Counted from the stretch's first letter, positions 30,698-41,949 are shown. The stretch is DNA of 64,000 nt from an uncultured delta proteobacterium (GCA_963713045.1 CAVQKE010000007.1:64001-128000); one strand, 5' to 3'. Notes: generated by a model from the sequence alone, not told the origin. Program-made: numbers and translations.

Positions 30698-31037
30698 GCC
30701 GCGGGCCTTCGCTGGGGGGAGGCGCGCAGGCGACTGTCCTCGCGCGCGCGTCGCTTGCAAAGGCGGGCGTGCCGGCCTGCTCCGACTGCGAGCACCGGCA
30801 ACTCCCAAGTCCAAGATGAGCCCCCCTCGAGCGAACTAAGTTGCCTGTGCCGCACCCTTTGCGCGGGGAAACGGCCGCCGCGCACCCCTTGGACATCGGG
30901 CACACCCCGCCAGGGCTACAGCAGAGGGCACCCCTCTTGCACAAGGGGGTAGCGCTGCCCATGCCCGAGGCCACGCGCACAGCTGACAGCCGGCATTGGC
31001 CATTCGCTGGCCCGTACAAGCCCAGGAGGTTTGCGAC

Positions 31038-31490
31038 ATGGAGCTAACTGCCAGTCAAGTCCGCAAACTCATCCTCGACGAACATTCCGTTCTACGGGAT
31101 GAAATGGCGGACATCGGCACGCTGCTGGAAGACATTGCTGCCAAGCGAAGGGAAACGGCCGAGCGGCTACGGCACCGCCTGGCAAGCTTTTACGACGCCT
31201 TCCTCAAGCACATTTCCCACGAGGACAGCTTGCTTCGGCCCGTGCTGGCCAACATCGACGCCTGGGGCGCCGTCCGGGTGGAGAAGATGGACGACGAGCA
31301 CCGAGAGCAGCGGGCCAGCATTGCGGCCCTTGTCGGGCTCGACCCCAACCGCGACTTCGAGGGCTACCTCTCGCGCGTCCAGGCCTTCGTCGCAGCGGTG
31401 GCAGCAGACATGGCCACCGAGGAGCAGGAGTGCCTCAGCCCCGAGACGCTGCGGGAAGACACCATCGTTATCGACTACTTCACCGGGTAG
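31038..31490 (+). CDS. Hemerythrin/HHE cation-binding domain protein
   Basis: AGGAGG RBS; LDEHSVLR, HISHEDSLL, MDDEHREQ, DMATEE. Confidence 0.8.
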   Translation: MELTASQVRKLILDEHSVLRDEMADIGTLLEDIAAKRRETAERLRHRLASFYDAFLKHISHEDSLLRPVLANIDAWGAVRVEKMDDEHREQRASIAALVGLDPNRDFEGYLSRVQAFVAAVAADMATEEQECLSPETLREDTIVIDYFTG

Positions 31491-32937
31491 CAGACAGGAC
31501 CGGGGCCGTGCCGAAGGCTTTTGCGGCCCGTGTCGCCCCCTCCAACAGCGGTCTCGGCCAGAGCCCGAGTCCAACCACCGCGAGGAGGCAGAGGGTAATG
31601 GCCGCCCGGAGGGGGAGGCCGGCGTGGAGGGGCGCGGAGGACTTTCCCTCGGACATGAAAGTCGAGCGAGCCACGCCGAGGTAATAGAAGAGGCCCACCA
31701 CAGCCAGCACCACGCCAAGGACAACCGGGACCACCAGGCCGGCGCGGTAGCCCGCGAGGAAGACAAACAGCTTCGCCCAGAAGCCGGCGACGAAGGGGAT
31801 GCCGGCCAGCGAAAGCAAGAAAACCAGCATGGCCGCTCCCAGAAAGGGTGAGCGGCGCGACAGCCCGGCTAGGCGGACGAGTGAATGGCCGCCGGACGCC
31901 TCAGCCGCGGCATGCAGCACGAGGAAAGCGCCGAGATTGGTGAAGACGTAGGTGGCAATGAAAAACAGTGCCATCGCCACCCCAAACTCCGTCCGGGCGC
32001 AGAGGGCCACCAGCACGTAGCCAATTTGCGCAATGCCAGAGAAGCCGAGCAGCCGCCGCAGGTCCGTCTGCGGAAGGGCGAAGAGGTTTCCCACCAGCAT
32101 GCTGCTCACGGACAGCAAGATGAGGGCTGGCTCCCACACGCCCCACTGCTGCGCCCAGCCGGAAAGAAGCACCACACTGAGCGCGGCCAGTCCGGCTGCC
32201 TTCGGCGCAACCGAAAGGAAGGCCACGAAGGGCGTTGGGGCACCCTGGTAGGTGTCGGCCACCCACATGTGGAAGGGAACGGCCGCCACCTTGAAGCCGA
32301 AGCCGGCCACCACCAAGAGAAGCCCCACGCCGGCGAGTGGCGGCAACGGACCTGCAGGAACGGCCGCAATCAGCGTCGACTGGGTGAAGCCCAGAATGAG
32401 GGCCAGCCCAAAAAAGGTGAGGGCCGAGCTGGCCGTGCCCGTCACAAACAGCTTCAAACCAGCCTCGGCGGCAAGCTTCGGCCGGTCGGCCGGTCCGTCG
32501 TTTTTCGCCCACGCCGACAGCACATACAAAGGGACGCCCATCAGCTCGAAGCTGACGACAAGCAGCGCCCAGTCGCGCGCGCCCGGCAAAATCATCATCC
32601 CCACCACGCTGAACAGGAGCAGCGCGTAGTACTCAGCCTGGCGCAGGGGTGCCTGCTGGTTGAGCCAGTCCATGGCGCCCATCACTGCCAGCAAGGCGGC
32701 GCAGAGGAAGACGCGCTTGAAAAAAAGCACCCAGGCGTCCGAGACGTAAGCGCCGTGAGGCGTCACCCCGGACACGTCGACCAGGAAGGAAGCGCCCAGC
32801 ACGGCGGCCAAGAGAACGGCCGTCAGCCGGCCCCACAGCCGTCCATGCCCCGGCAGCACGGCATCCCCCAGCAACACCAGGCCGGCAATTGCGGCCACCG
32901 CCATGTCCAGGCTGAGGAGGTGGAGCCAAGAGGGCAT
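31480..32937 (-). CDS. nuoN: Complex I-like membrane subunit N
   Basis: EYYALLL, EAGLK, GFKVAAVPFHMWVADTYQGAPTP, SLAGIPFVAGFWAK. Confidence 0.95.
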   Translation of the reverse strand: MPSWLHLLSLDMAVAAIAGLVLLGDAVLPGHGRLWGRLTAVLLAAVLGASFLVDVSGVTPHGAYVSDAWVLFFKRVFLCAALLAVMGAMDWLNQQAPLRQAEYYALLLFSVVGMMILPGARDWALLVVSFELMGVPLYVLSAWAKNDGPADRPKLAAEAGLKLFVTGTASSALTFFGLALILGFTQSTLIAAVPAGPLPPLAGVGLLLVVAGFGFKVAAVPFHMWVADTYQGAPTPFVAFLSVAPKAAGLAALSVVLLSGWAQQWGVWEPALILLSVSSMLVGNLFALPQTDLRRLLGFSGIAQIGYVLVALCARTEFGVAMALFFIATYVFTNLGAFLVLHAAAEASGGHSLVRLAGLSRRSPFLGAAMLVFLLSLAGIPFVAGFWAKLFVFLAGYRAGLVVPVVLGVVLAVVGLFYYLGVARSTFMSEGKSSAPLHAGLPLRAAITLCLLAVVGLGLWPRPLLEGATRAAKAFGTAPVLSATR

Positions 32938-34482
32938 TTAGCGTAGCGCCTGGGCGAGAAGTGGCAGCCGGGTGAGAAAGCCAGAGCTGGTGATGTCGAT
33001 GAAGTCCAAGAGGAAACGCGGCCAGAGTCCAAAGAGGACGAGCGCCGCGCCCAGGACCAGCGGTGCGCCCCACTCCGTGCCCCGGACGTCCCGCAGGTGC
33101 GCGGAGGCACCGGTGGGCGCCGGTCCCCAAAAAATCGTCTTCGCCGCGCGCAGCACGTAGACCGCGGTGACGAATGCCCCCAGGACGCCGGGCACCGTCC
33201 ACCACGGGAAGGCACTGGTGGATGAGCCGAGAAAGACGAGGAATTCGGCGACGAAGCCGGCGGTGCCGGGAAGGCCCAGCGACGACAGGCTCGCCAGGGT
33301 GAAGAAGGCTGCCACCGCAGGCATGACGTGGGCGAAGCCGCCCATGCGGGCAATGATGCGGGTGTGAGCTCTCTCGTAGACGAGGCCCACCAGCGCGAAG
33401 AAGAGGCCGGTCATGATGCCGTGGGCAAACATTTGGTACACCGCCCCGTTCCAGCCCACGGCATTGAGGGTGGCCGCCCCCAACATGACGACGCCCATGT
33501 GGCTGACGGAAGAGTAGGCGATGACGTACTTGAGGTCGGTCTGGCTGGCGGCGCTCAGCGCGCCGTAGAGAATGTTCACCACCGCCACCGTCCCGACGAC
33601 GGGGGCCCACACCACGGCCGCGTCCGGCGCGAGCACCATGCCCACCCGCATGACACCGAAGGCGCCGAGCTTCATCAACACCCCGGCGTGAAGCATGGAC
33701 ACCGCGGTGGGCGCCGAGGCGTGGCCATCCGGTGACCAGGTGTGGAAGGGAAAGACGCCCGCCAGCGTGCCGAAGCCGAGCCAGATGAGTGGAAACACCA
33801 GCATTTGTGTCGACTTTGAAAAGGCAACGCTCTGGAGGACTTGGAGGTCGAAGGTACGGGCCCCGGACCGGCTCCAGAGGACGAAGATGGCCACCAGGAT
33901 GGCGGCCGAGCCAACCAGAAGCATCAGTGTCAGCTTCATGGCCGCGTACTCGCGGGAACCCACCGCGAAGCGACTCCAGACGAAACGGAAGGGGCCGGCC
34001 GGGGGGACTTCGTGGCTGCTGCCCCAAATGCCGATGAGGAGGTACATCGGCAGCACTGCAATCTCGTAGAGGAGAAAGAAGACGAAGAGGTCCTGCGAGA
34101 CGAAGACGCCCAGCACGCCCGAGACCAGCACCAGGAGGAGGATGAAGAATTCCTTGTCCCGCTTGTCCACCCCCCAGCTGGCCAGGACGCCGGTGACGAT
34201 GATGAGGCCGGTGAGAAGCAAAAGCGCGACGCTCCAGCCGTCGGCCGCGAATTTGAGGTGGATGCCCAAGGACGGCACCAGCGGCGTGTCCTGCACAAAC
34301 TGAAACCCACCGGTGCCTTTGTCCCAGAGGAAGGCCAAGGTGACTGCACCGGCGAGCGAGACAAGGGCGGCGAGAAGGGCGATCCACCGCGTTGTCTGCC
34401 GGGCTGAGCGCGGGACGACGAGCAACACCGCCGCTGCGACGGCGGGAGCAGCGACGATGACGGCCAACAGGTGGCTCGTCAC
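32938..34482 (-). CDS. nuoM: Complex I-like membrane subunit M
   Basis: GTG start overlapping the nuoL stop; [70 protein letters not shown]. The track's 937-aa ORF merges this with part of nuoL. Confidence 0.93.
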   Translation of the reverse strand: MTSHLLAVIVAAPAVAAAVLLVVPRSARQTTRWIALLAALVSLAGAVTLAFLWDKGTGGFQFVQDTPLVPSLGIHLKFAADGWSVALLLLTGLIIVTGVLASWGVDKRDKEFFILLLVLVSGVLGVFVSQDLFVFFLLYEIAVLPMYLLIGIWGSSHEVPPAGPFRFVWSRFAVGSREYAAMKLTLMLLVGSAAILVAIFVLWSRSGARTFDLQVLQSVAFSKSTQMLVFPLIWLGFGTLAGVFPFHTWSPDGHASAPTAVSMLHAGVLMKLGAFGVMRVGMVLAPDAAVVWAPVVGTVAVVNILYGALSAASQTDLKYVIAYSSVSHMGVVMLGAATLNAVGWNGAVYQMFAHGIMTGLFFALVGLVYERAHTRIIARMGGFAHVMPAVAAFFTLASLSSLGLPGTAGFVAEFLVFLGSSTSAFPWWTVPGVLGAFVTAVYVLRAAKTIFWGPAPTGASAHLRDVRGTEWGAPLVLGAALVLFGLWPRFLLDFIDITSSGFLTRLPLLAQALR

Positions 34483-36284
34483 CGCCAGCCGCCGAACCAG
34501 GCGAGTACCAGCGCGCCCACCATCACCGCGAAGACGTAGTGACGGGTACGCCCCGTCTGCAGCGGCCGCACCGCCGCCCCCGCCTCGAGCGTGCCCCAGC
34601 CCACCGCATTGATGACGCCGTCCACCAGGTAGCGGTCCACCCAGCGGGCCCAGCCGCTCACCCGGAGGAGGACTTGGCGGTAGAGGACTTCCCACCCCTT
34701 GTCGATGAAGCTTTCCCGGTCGAACCACTCCAGGGTGGCCGCCCATGGTGCGCCTCGTCCAGCACTGCCAAAGACGACCAGGGCCGCGGCGAGGCCAAGC
34801 AGGGCCACCGCCGACGCCACCAGCGGCGTCAGCCCCAAATGAAGGTGGTAGTCCACACCAAACTTGGGGGCCAGCCACGCGCCGAGCAGCCCTGCGAAGA
34901 CGGCAGGCACGGCCAGCAACAACAGCGGCCCAGTCATGGACGGACCGGGTTCGTGCGCGTGCAAGGCAGCCTGCGAGGGTGGTCCGAGGAAGGCCTTGAC
35001 GAGGACGCGCCCCATGTACAGCGCAGTCAGAAAGGCTGCCCCCATCAGCAGGCCCCACGGCACCCAGCCTCCCTTCCCCTCCACGGAAGTGAGGACCAAG
35101 TCCTTGGAGAAGAAGCCAGCGAAGCCCGGGACGCCGGCGAGCGACAGCGCACCCACCGCAAAGACAGTGGCAGTCACCGGCATGCTCCGTCGCAAACCGC
35201 CCATGGCGTCCAAGTCGTTGGAGTGAACGGCGTGGATGACGCTGCCCGCGGCGAGGAAGAGCAGCGCCTTGAAGAAGGCGTGCGTGTCGAGGTGGAAGAA
35301 ACCGGCGAATGCCGAGCCGGCGCCGAGGGCCGCCACCATCAGCCAAGCTGCGAGCAGGTGGAGTAGGCCAGCACCTTCTTGATGTCCGGTCTGCACCAGC
35401 GCCAGCAGGGCCGCAAAGGCGGACGTCGCCTGCACCCAGCCACAGCATGACGTCGCGGGTGAGGGCGGCCTGGGCGAAGAGTGGGTCGGCTCGGACGACG
35501 AGGAACACCCCAGCGGCGACCATCGTCGCCGCGTGCAGCAGCGCTGACACCGGCGTGGGGCCCTCCATGGCGTCCGGCAGCCAGACGTGGAGTGGGAACT
35601 GCGCCGACTTCCCCACCACCGCCAGGAAGAGAAGCAGCGTGACGGCGGTGGCAACGTGCGGCGGGGCCGCCACCGTCCATTCGAAGCTGCCCGTCGAGGC
35701 GAAAAGCAAGAGGAGGGCGAAGAGGAAGCCCATGTCGGCGAACTTCGTCACCCAGAAGGCTTTGACTGCCGCCCGCGCCGCGCTGGGCCTGTCGGAAGTA
35801 GAAGCCGATGAGGAGGTAACTGGTGACGCCCACCAACTCCCAGCCCGCGAAGAGCTGGAGCAGGTTGGGCGCCACGCACCAGCAAATTCATGCTGAAGAG
35901 GAACAGCGCGTGGTAGGCGAAATACCGCCCGTAGGAGCGGGCCGGCTCGTCTCGCATGTATTCAAGCGAGAAGACTTGAACGCACAGGGCGACCAACGTC
36001 ACCACCAGCAGCATGACGGCCGACAGGTGGTCCAGCTGGATGCCCACCTCGGCCAGCGTGCGGCCGCGGGCCACCAGCCAGGGGACTGTCACCCGGACGT
36101 CCGGGGCGCCGAGGCTTCTGTCGACAACCAGCGCAACTGCCGCGGCGGTGGCGACGACGCTGCTGAGGATGGTCAGCCCAGCGGCCGGCGCCCCCCGGTG
36201 GCGAAGCCAAGGCACAAGCACCAACAAGAGTGCGGCCAAGGCCGGCGCGAAAAGCGCCACCTCACACAGGTGCACGGCACTCAA
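34479..36284 (-). CDS. nuoL: Complex I-like membrane subunit L (about five frameshifts between 35340 and 35880)
   Basis: Motifs spread over three frames: [83 protein letters not shown]. Confidence 0.9.
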
Positions 36285-36577
36285 TGCTTGGCCTCCCGGG
36301 CGAGGTCCAGCACCGTGTCGCCGTGCCGCCGGTAGAGGAGCATCACCAGCGCAAGGCCCACGGCGACTTCCGACACGATGACCACCAGCGAGAAGAGGAC
36401 GAGGGCTTCCCCTGGGCCTCCTCGGAGAGTGGCAAAGGCGACGAAGGCGACGTTGGCTGCGTTGGCCATGACCTCGATGGACAAGAGGAGGGCCACGGCA
36501 TGCCGGCGAGTCACGACGCCATAGAGGCCGACGCTGAAGAGCAGCGTCGCCAGGAGAAGGACGTCGGGGAGCCTCAC
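36281..36577 (-). CDS. nuoK: Complex I-like subunit K
   Basis: LFSVGLYGVVTRR, LLSIEVMANAAN, SEVAVGLAL. Confidence 0.9.
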   Translation of the reverse strand: MRLPDVLLLATLLFSVGLYGVVTRRHAVALLLSIEVMANAANVAFVAFATLRGGPGEALVLFSLVVIVSEVAVGLALVMLLYRRHGDTVLDLAREAKH

Positions 36578-37094
36578 TGGTCGCAATCCCTCGGGGGTCG
36601 GCGCGGGGTCTCGGCGCCGTGCCATCACCACCGCGCCCACCACTGCGGCGAGCAAGAGCAGCGACGCCACCTCGAAGGCCAGCAAGTATTCGGTGAGGAG
36701 GCTGCGAGCCAGCTCGGCCGTCGTGGGCGGCGGCGGCGGGAGGGTGGGAGGTGAAGTCCGTCCTGAGGATGGCCCCACCCACCAGGACGAAGAAGCCGAG
36801 CGCGACCAGCAGTCCGCGGATGCGGTCTGCGCTGTCGACTTCTGCCACCGCGCCCTGGTGCCGCCCAGTCACCATGACGCCGAAAATCATCAGTGTCACG
36901 ACGCCACCGACGTAGGTCAGCACCTGGACGCCGGCGAGGAATGGAGCGCCCAGGATGGCGTAAAGCGCGGCCGTCAACAGGAGCACCACGGCGAGCCAGA
37001 GGACGGCGCGCACCAGGTTCCTGCTCCTCACGACGAAGAGTGCAGCCACCACCATTGCCAATGCGAGGAGCCCGAATCCGAGACGGGACATCAT
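36574..37094 (-). CDS. nuoJ: Complex I-like subunit J (frameshifted)
   Basis: RNLVRAVLWL, APFLAGVQVLTYVGGVVTL in one frame; LLTEYLLAFEVASLLLLAAVVGAV in another. Confidence 0.88.
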
Positions 37095-37660
37095 CCGGAC
37101 CCCTCCCCCGTCCTCGGCGTGCCTCCGCCACTGGCGGCGGGGGCTGCGGCTGGCGCGGGGGCTGGCTTCGGCGCCTTGGGTAGCTCCTGCATTCCCATCA
37201 ACCGCGTCGCGTCACCCCAGGCGCGCGGCTTGGACTTCTCATTTGCGTACAGCTTGGCCATGGTGAGGACGAGGTCCTCGCGCGTGTAGGCCGGCTCCTC
37301 GGCCTCCCGCGTCATGACGATGGCGTCGGTGGGGCAAACTTGCACGCACAGCTCGCAAAAAATACAGGCCGACATGTCCAAGAGGAAGTCGTCGGCATAA
37401 CCACGCTTCTTGCCGGTGATGGGAGACTCGCGCTTCCCACCGAATTTGATGGCGATGACTTGCGAGGGGCAGATGCGCTCGCACTGCAGGCAGCCAATGC
37501 ACAACTCGTCCCCTTGTTCGTCATGGAGAAGCGCGAAACTGGCCCGGTAGCGCTCCGCCCGCGGGCGAATGACGTGAGGGAACTCGACGGTGGATGCCGG
37601 GCGCAGCATGTTGGCGAGAGTGACTCTCATCGCCCGAAGCCCGTCCGTGAAGTAGCCCAT
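37091..37660 (-). CDS. nuoI: Complex I-like subunit I (2x[4Fe-4S])
   Basis: CIGCLQCERICP and CIFCELCVQVCPTDAI. Confidence 0.95.
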   Translation of the reverse strand: MGYFTDGLRAMRVTLANMLRPASTVEFPHVIRPRAERYRASFALLHDEQGDELCIGCLQCERICPSQVIAIKFGGKRESPITGKKRGYADDFLLDMSACIFCELCVQVCPTDAIVMTREAEEPAYTREDLVLTMAKLYANEKSKPRAWGDATRLMGMQELPKAPKPAPAPAAAPAASGGGTPRTGEGSG

Positions 37661-37678
37661 GCCCGTTACGCCCCTTCG

Positions 37679-38650
37679 TCAGCCTACGAAGACGACCCAC
37701 ACTGCAGCGCCGGCCACCAGGGCGACGCTGGAGGGCACCAGCCACCTCCAGCAGAGGCCCATCAGCTGGTCGGACCGAAAGCGGAGCAGCGTCCAGCGCA
37801 TCCAGTACAGCGCTGCAAATAACAGCAGCGTCTTGAGCACCATCCACTGCAGCCCCGGCCGAAAAGGCCCACCGTCCCAGCCGCCGAGGAAGAGGGCTGC
37901 TGCCACCGCGGAGGCCACCAGCGTGTGGACGTACTCGGCCATGTAGAAGAGGGCGAACTTCATTCCGGTGTATTCGGTGGTGACACCGGCCACCAATTCG
38001 CTCTCCGCCTCGGGGATGTCGAAGGGGATGCGGTTGGCCTCTGCCAGCATGGCCAAGACGAAGATGACGAAGGCCGGGATGCCCAAGAAGAAAGGCCAAA
38101 CCACGAACCAGTGGCCCTCCGACTGGACGCGGACAATGGTGCCAATCCGCATCGAGCCGGCGAGGATGACGGGCACCAGCGCGGCCAGGACCAGGGGCAC
38201 TTCGTAGGAAATGGACTGCGCCACGGCGCGCATCCCTCCGAGGAGGGCAAGCTTGTTGTTGCTTGCCCACCCGGCGCTGAAGACGGGAAGCACGGTGATG
38301 GCGCCGATGGCCAGGACGTACAGCACGCCCACGTCGAGGTCCGCGGCCACCACCGTCGGAGAGAAAGGCACCGCCGCTGCGACGCCGATGGCGCAGACAA
38401 CCGCCACCGGCGGAGCCAGGTTGAAGAGGATGCCATCCGCTTTGAGGGGGACGATGTCCTCCTTCTGCAACAGCTTCAGGACGTCGGCGAATGGCTGCAA
38501 GAGCCCGGCCGGCCCCACCAGGGTTGGGCCCAGCCGGGACTGCATCCGGGCGGCCAGCTTCCGCTCGAACCACAAGGAAAACGCGGTGGCCGTCATCAGG
38601 ACGGAGACAATCACCACGCCGTAGCTGGCGCCGTGGAGAAAGCCTGTCAC
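37679..38650 (-). CDS. nuoH: Complex I-like subunit H
   Basis: [58 protein letters not shown]. Confidence 0.96.
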   Translation of the reverse strand: MTGFLHGASYGVVIVSVLMTATAFSLWFERKLAARMQSRLGPTLVGPAGLLQPFADVLKLLQKEDIVPLKADGILFNLAPPVAVVCAIGVAAAVPFSPTVVAADLDVGVLYVLAIGAITVLPVFSAGWASNNKLALLGGMRAVAQSISYEVPLVLAALVPVILAGSMRIGTIVRVQSEGHWFVVWPFFLGIPAFVIFVLAMLAEANRIPFDIPEAESELVAGVTTEYTGMKFALFYMAEYVHTLVASAVAAALFLGGWDGGPFRPGLQWMVLKTLLLFAALYWMRWTLLRFRSDQLMGLCWRWLVPSSVALVAGAAVWVVFVG

Positions 38651-39838
38651 CGGTCGACCTCGCCCATGATGGGGTCGAGCGAGCCGAGAATGGCCACCGC
38701 GTCGCTCACCGTGGCCCCGGGAAGGATGTAGGGCAGCGCCGAAAGCGCGTGCAGGCTGGGCGGCCGAATTTTCAGTCGGTAGGGGAATTGCGAGCCATCC
38801 GAGATGAGGTAGGTGCCGAGCTCTCCGCGGGGCGTCTCGATGGCCACGTAAGTCTGGCCCGGTGGTATCTTTGTTTGCAGCGGCACTTTGATGGGCTTGC
38901 CGCTGTTGATGCCTCCGGCGGGGACGTTGTCCACCATTTCCCGGATGAGGCGAATGCTTTCCCGCATTTCCCCGAGGCGCACTTGGGCGCGCGCCAGGCA
39001 GTCCCCGCCGGTCGCTGTCACCACGTGCACTTGGACTTCGTTGTAGGCGTGAAATGGCGCGTCCCGGCGCAAGTCATGGTCCACGCCGCAAGCCCGGAGG
39101 ATGGGCCCGGTGATGCCCAGCTCGAGCGCCAAGTCGGCATCGAGGACGCCCACCCCTCGGGTCCGCGCGACGAAAATTTTGTTGTCCAGCGTCATTCCTT
39201 CGTATTCCGACAGCGCGGTTGGCGATGACGTCCAGCGCTTGGTGCACCTTGGCGCTCCAGCCTGCCGGGATGTCATGCCGGTTCCCGCCAATGGTGTGGG
39301 TGTTGTAGTGAAAGCGGGCTCCGGTGACTTCCTCGAAGAGGTCGAGGATGAGTTCCCGTTCGCGAAAGCAGTAAATGAAGACGGTCGAGCCGCCACCGAG
39401 GGCGCCGCCGAGGTCGAGGGCGAACGTGCCGAGCCACAGCAGGTGCGACGCAATTCGTTGTAGCTCGGCGAAGAGCGTCCGCATCCACCGGGCTCGCCGC
39501 GGCACCTCGAGGTTGAGCAGTTTCTCGAAGGCCATATTCAACGCCTGCTCGTTGGTCATCGGCGCGACGTAGTCATTCTTGTCGACGATGGGCGTGATTT
39601 GGACGTAGGCCAGCGACTCGCACAGCTTTTCCACCGCGCGGTGGAGAAAGCCCACGTGGGGCACGGCCTTCACCACAATCTCGCCGTCCAGGGTGAGGTC
39701 CATCCGGAACACCCCGTGCGTTGAGGGGTGCTGAGGCCCGAAGTGAAGCAGCATCAACTCCGCTTCCGGGTCGTAGGTGTCGATGGACAGGTGCGGATTG
39801 ACGCGCCGGGCGACCTGGACGGTGCGCATGCCGGTCAT
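38647..39838 (-). CDS. nuoD: Complex I-like subunit D (one frameshift near 39215)
   Basis: FGPQHPSTHGVFR, GFLHRAVEK, ELQRIASHL; then [40 protein letters not shown]. No NiFe-binding CxxC motifs. Confidence 0.93.
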
Positions 39839-41025
39839 CTCCAGGGCGCCGCAGCGGTGTCCGCGGCGAAGTCACGGCGCAACGGGTGGCCGACGTAGTT
39901 CTCGGCCATCATCAACCGGCGAAGGTCGGGGTGCCCGGAGAAGACGACGCCGACCAAGTCAAACTGCTCCCGCTCCTGCCAATCCGCACCAGCGTAGAGG
40001 GCGCTCAGGGATGGAACCGGTTGTCCTGGGACTTGTCGGACGGACCAGGTGGCCACCCTGGAGCCGGGGCCGACGCTTCTCAGCAGGTACACCACCTCGT
40101 AGTGCTCGACCTCTGTCGCGTCGGCCCCTCCCCTTCCCTTTCCGGCCAGCCAGTGCGTGGCGACGATGGAGACGAGTTGCCGGTAGCCGAGGCCTTTCAG
40201 CCGACTGGCCAATTCCAGGTGTCTTTCGATGGGCACCAGGGGTGGCCCCTGCTTGCCAGGTTGCACCACTCCCAGCTCGCCCAGCACTGCGTCGAAGTCA
40301 TTCGCATCCCCCGGTGTGACGGGCGCGGGCACCACCTCGAGCGGAACGGACACAGGGAGGGCAGTCTCCAAGTCGGTGGCATGCTCGGCCGAGTCCACCT
40401 GGGCCTCGTCCAATTCTGCGGTGCGGTCGGCGTCCACCAGCCGGGGGTTGGACGGCTTGGTAATGCGCAGCAGCTCCGGGTTGGGGTCCGCCACCACTTT
40501 CAGTCCCTTGCGCATGGCGCGGACTTTGTCTTGCAGGCGCAGAAACCCGTGCATCAATGCCTCAGGGTTGGGCGGGCACCCGGGCACGTAAACGTCCACC
40601 GGCAGGAAGGTGTCCACGCCTGGAACGACGGAGTAGAGGTTTCGGTAGAAGTCCCCGGAGATGGCGCAGGAGCCCATGGCGATGCACCACTTTGGCTCGG
40701 GCATCTGGTCCCACAGCTTCTTGACTCGAGGAGCCATCTTCACGGTGATGGTTCCGGCCACCACCATCACGTCTGCCTGCCGGGGCGAGGCGCGAACGAT
40801 GGTGCCCATCCGGTCGATGTCGACTCGACTGGCGGCGCTGGCCATGAATTCAATGCCGCAGCAGCTGGTCGCCATCGGGAAAGTCCACAGCGCGTTGGTC
40901 ATTCCCCAGGTGAGGACGTGGTCCAGCGCGGTGGCGGCCACCGTCAGGCCAGGCGTCTGCATCAGTACCTTGTAAAGGGGGTGCTCGAAATTGCCGGTGT
41001 CATCCACCGTCCCTGGCCTCTTCAT
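39835..41025 (-). CDS. nuoBC: Fused complex I-like subunits B and C
   Basis: TSCCGIE, ASPRQAD, MGSCA, VDVYVPGCPP, an in-frame linker, then ADWQEREQFDLVGVVFSGHPDLRR..GHPLRRDF. Confidence 0.92.
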   Translation of the reverse strand: MKRPGTVDDTGNFEHPLYKVLMQTPGLTVAATALDHVLTWGMTNALWTFPMATSCCGIEFMASAASRVDIDRMGTIVRASPRQADVMVVAGTITVKMAPRVKKLWDQMPEPKWCIAMGSCAISGDFYRNLYSVVPGVDTFLPVDVYVPGCPPNPEALMHGFLRLQDKVRAMRKGLKVVADPNPELLRITKPSNPRLVDADRTAELDEAQVDSAEHATDLETALPVSVPLEVVPAPVTPGDANDFDAVLGELGVVQPGKQGPPLVPIERHLELASRLKGLGYRQLVSIVATHWLAGKGRGGADATEVEHYEVVYLLRSVGPGSRVATWSVRQVPGQPVPSLSALYAGADWQEREQFDLVGVVFSGHPDLRRLMMAENYVGHPLRRDFAADTAAAPWR

Positions 41026-41381
41026 ACCCATTCCAGCGTTCCCTTCCGGATGCCCCACACCCAGCCAAGCATCAGCACGCCGACGAAGCTGCCCACCGCC
41101 CACAGACCGCCCCGTCCCATCTCGCGGGTAATGACGCCCCAGGGAAAAACCAGCGCGGCTTCGATGTCGAAGAGGACGAAAAACAGGGCAACCACATAGT
41201 AGCGGGCGTGGAATTGCACCCACGCCGGAGCGAGTGGTGTCTCCCCGCACTCATACGTCTCCCGTTTGAGACGGGAGCTACTGCGCGCACGCACGCGCAA
41301 CAGGCGCGCGGCGACCAGAAGGCTCCCGGCGACGGCGACCGCCACCAAGAGAAAGCCCACCAGCGCGAGACCCTGGTTCAT
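41022..41381 (-). CDS. nuoA: Complex I-like subunit A
   Basis: KRETYECG, RYYVVALFFVLFDIE, KGTLEW. Confidence 0.95.
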   Translation of the reverse strand: MNQGLALVGFLLVAVAVAGSLLVAARLLRVRARSSSRLKRETYECGETPLAPAWVQFHARYYVVALFFVLFDIEAALVFPWGVITREMGRGGLWAVGSFVGVLMLGWVWGIRKGTLEWV

Positions 41382-41421
41382 GGTTTCCAAAAAAAGCCAC
41401 CCTTCTCAAGGTTTACCCCTC

Positions 41422-41949
41422 TCACTGTGCCACAGGGTCGTCCCCGTAGGCTTCTGCCCCCGGTGCCGGCTCGCCAGAGTGGCGGGCAATTTCCTGCTTG
41501 ACCAGGGCTTGGTGCTCCACTTCCTCATCCCGCAGCTCTGCGAAGAGGGCGCGAACCGCCGTGTCCTCGAGCTGGGGAATGGAGCGCGCGAAAAAGTCGT
41601 AGGCCTTCTCCTCGGCGGCGAGCGCGGTCTTCAGCGCCTGCTCGACACTCATGAAGACGCGCACCTGGTCAAACTCCGGGGCCTCGACATCGAAGACATT
41701 TGCTGGCATCGGGCTTTGAAGTTCCTTGGCAAACAGCGCCTGCCGACGTTCAGCGAGTCGCGAGCGGTGTATTTCTTCCACCCGAGCCATCCGCTCGAAG
41801 AAGCTGGCCGCCTCGGGCGTGTGGTGAAGGGCGAGTTGCTCGGCGAATTCGCGGTAGCGGTCGCGCGCCTCTTCCTCGATGGCAATGGCCAGGTCCAGCC
41901 CCTCTCGCAGGGTGAGACGTGCAAAGTCAGTGTCCTCTTGAGCGCTCAC
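41422..41949 (-). CDS. Ferritin-like diiron protein (rubrerythrin/erythrin type, no rubredoxin domain)
   Basis: AIAIEEEARDRY, EEIH, ALAAEEKAYDFF, EEVEH (two E...ExxH halves). Confidence 0.88.
   Translation of the reverse strand: MSAQEDTDFARLTLREGLDLAIAIEEEARDRYREFAEQLALHHTPEAASFFERMARVEEIHRSRLAERRQALFAKELQSPMPANVFDVEAPEFDQVRVFMSVEQALKTALAAEEKAYDFFARSIPQLEDTAVRALFAELRDEEVEHQALVKQEIARHSGEPAPGAEAYGDDPVAQ

Noticed and set aside
32938..35751. Apparent 937-aa NuoL-NuoM fusion
   Set aside because: Produced by nuoL frameshifts; nuoM has its own GTG at 34482 overlapping the nuoL stop.
36281..36778. Apparent NuoJ-NuoK fusion
   Set aside because: A GTGA stop/start overlap with an upstream GAGGGA exists at 36574-36577 and the region is indel-rich; cannot be called without reads.
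38647..41025. Group 4 NiFe hydrogenase reading of the nuo-like genes
   Set aside because: The large subunit lacks both Ni-binding CxxC motifs, ends in GEVDR, and no maturation genes are present.
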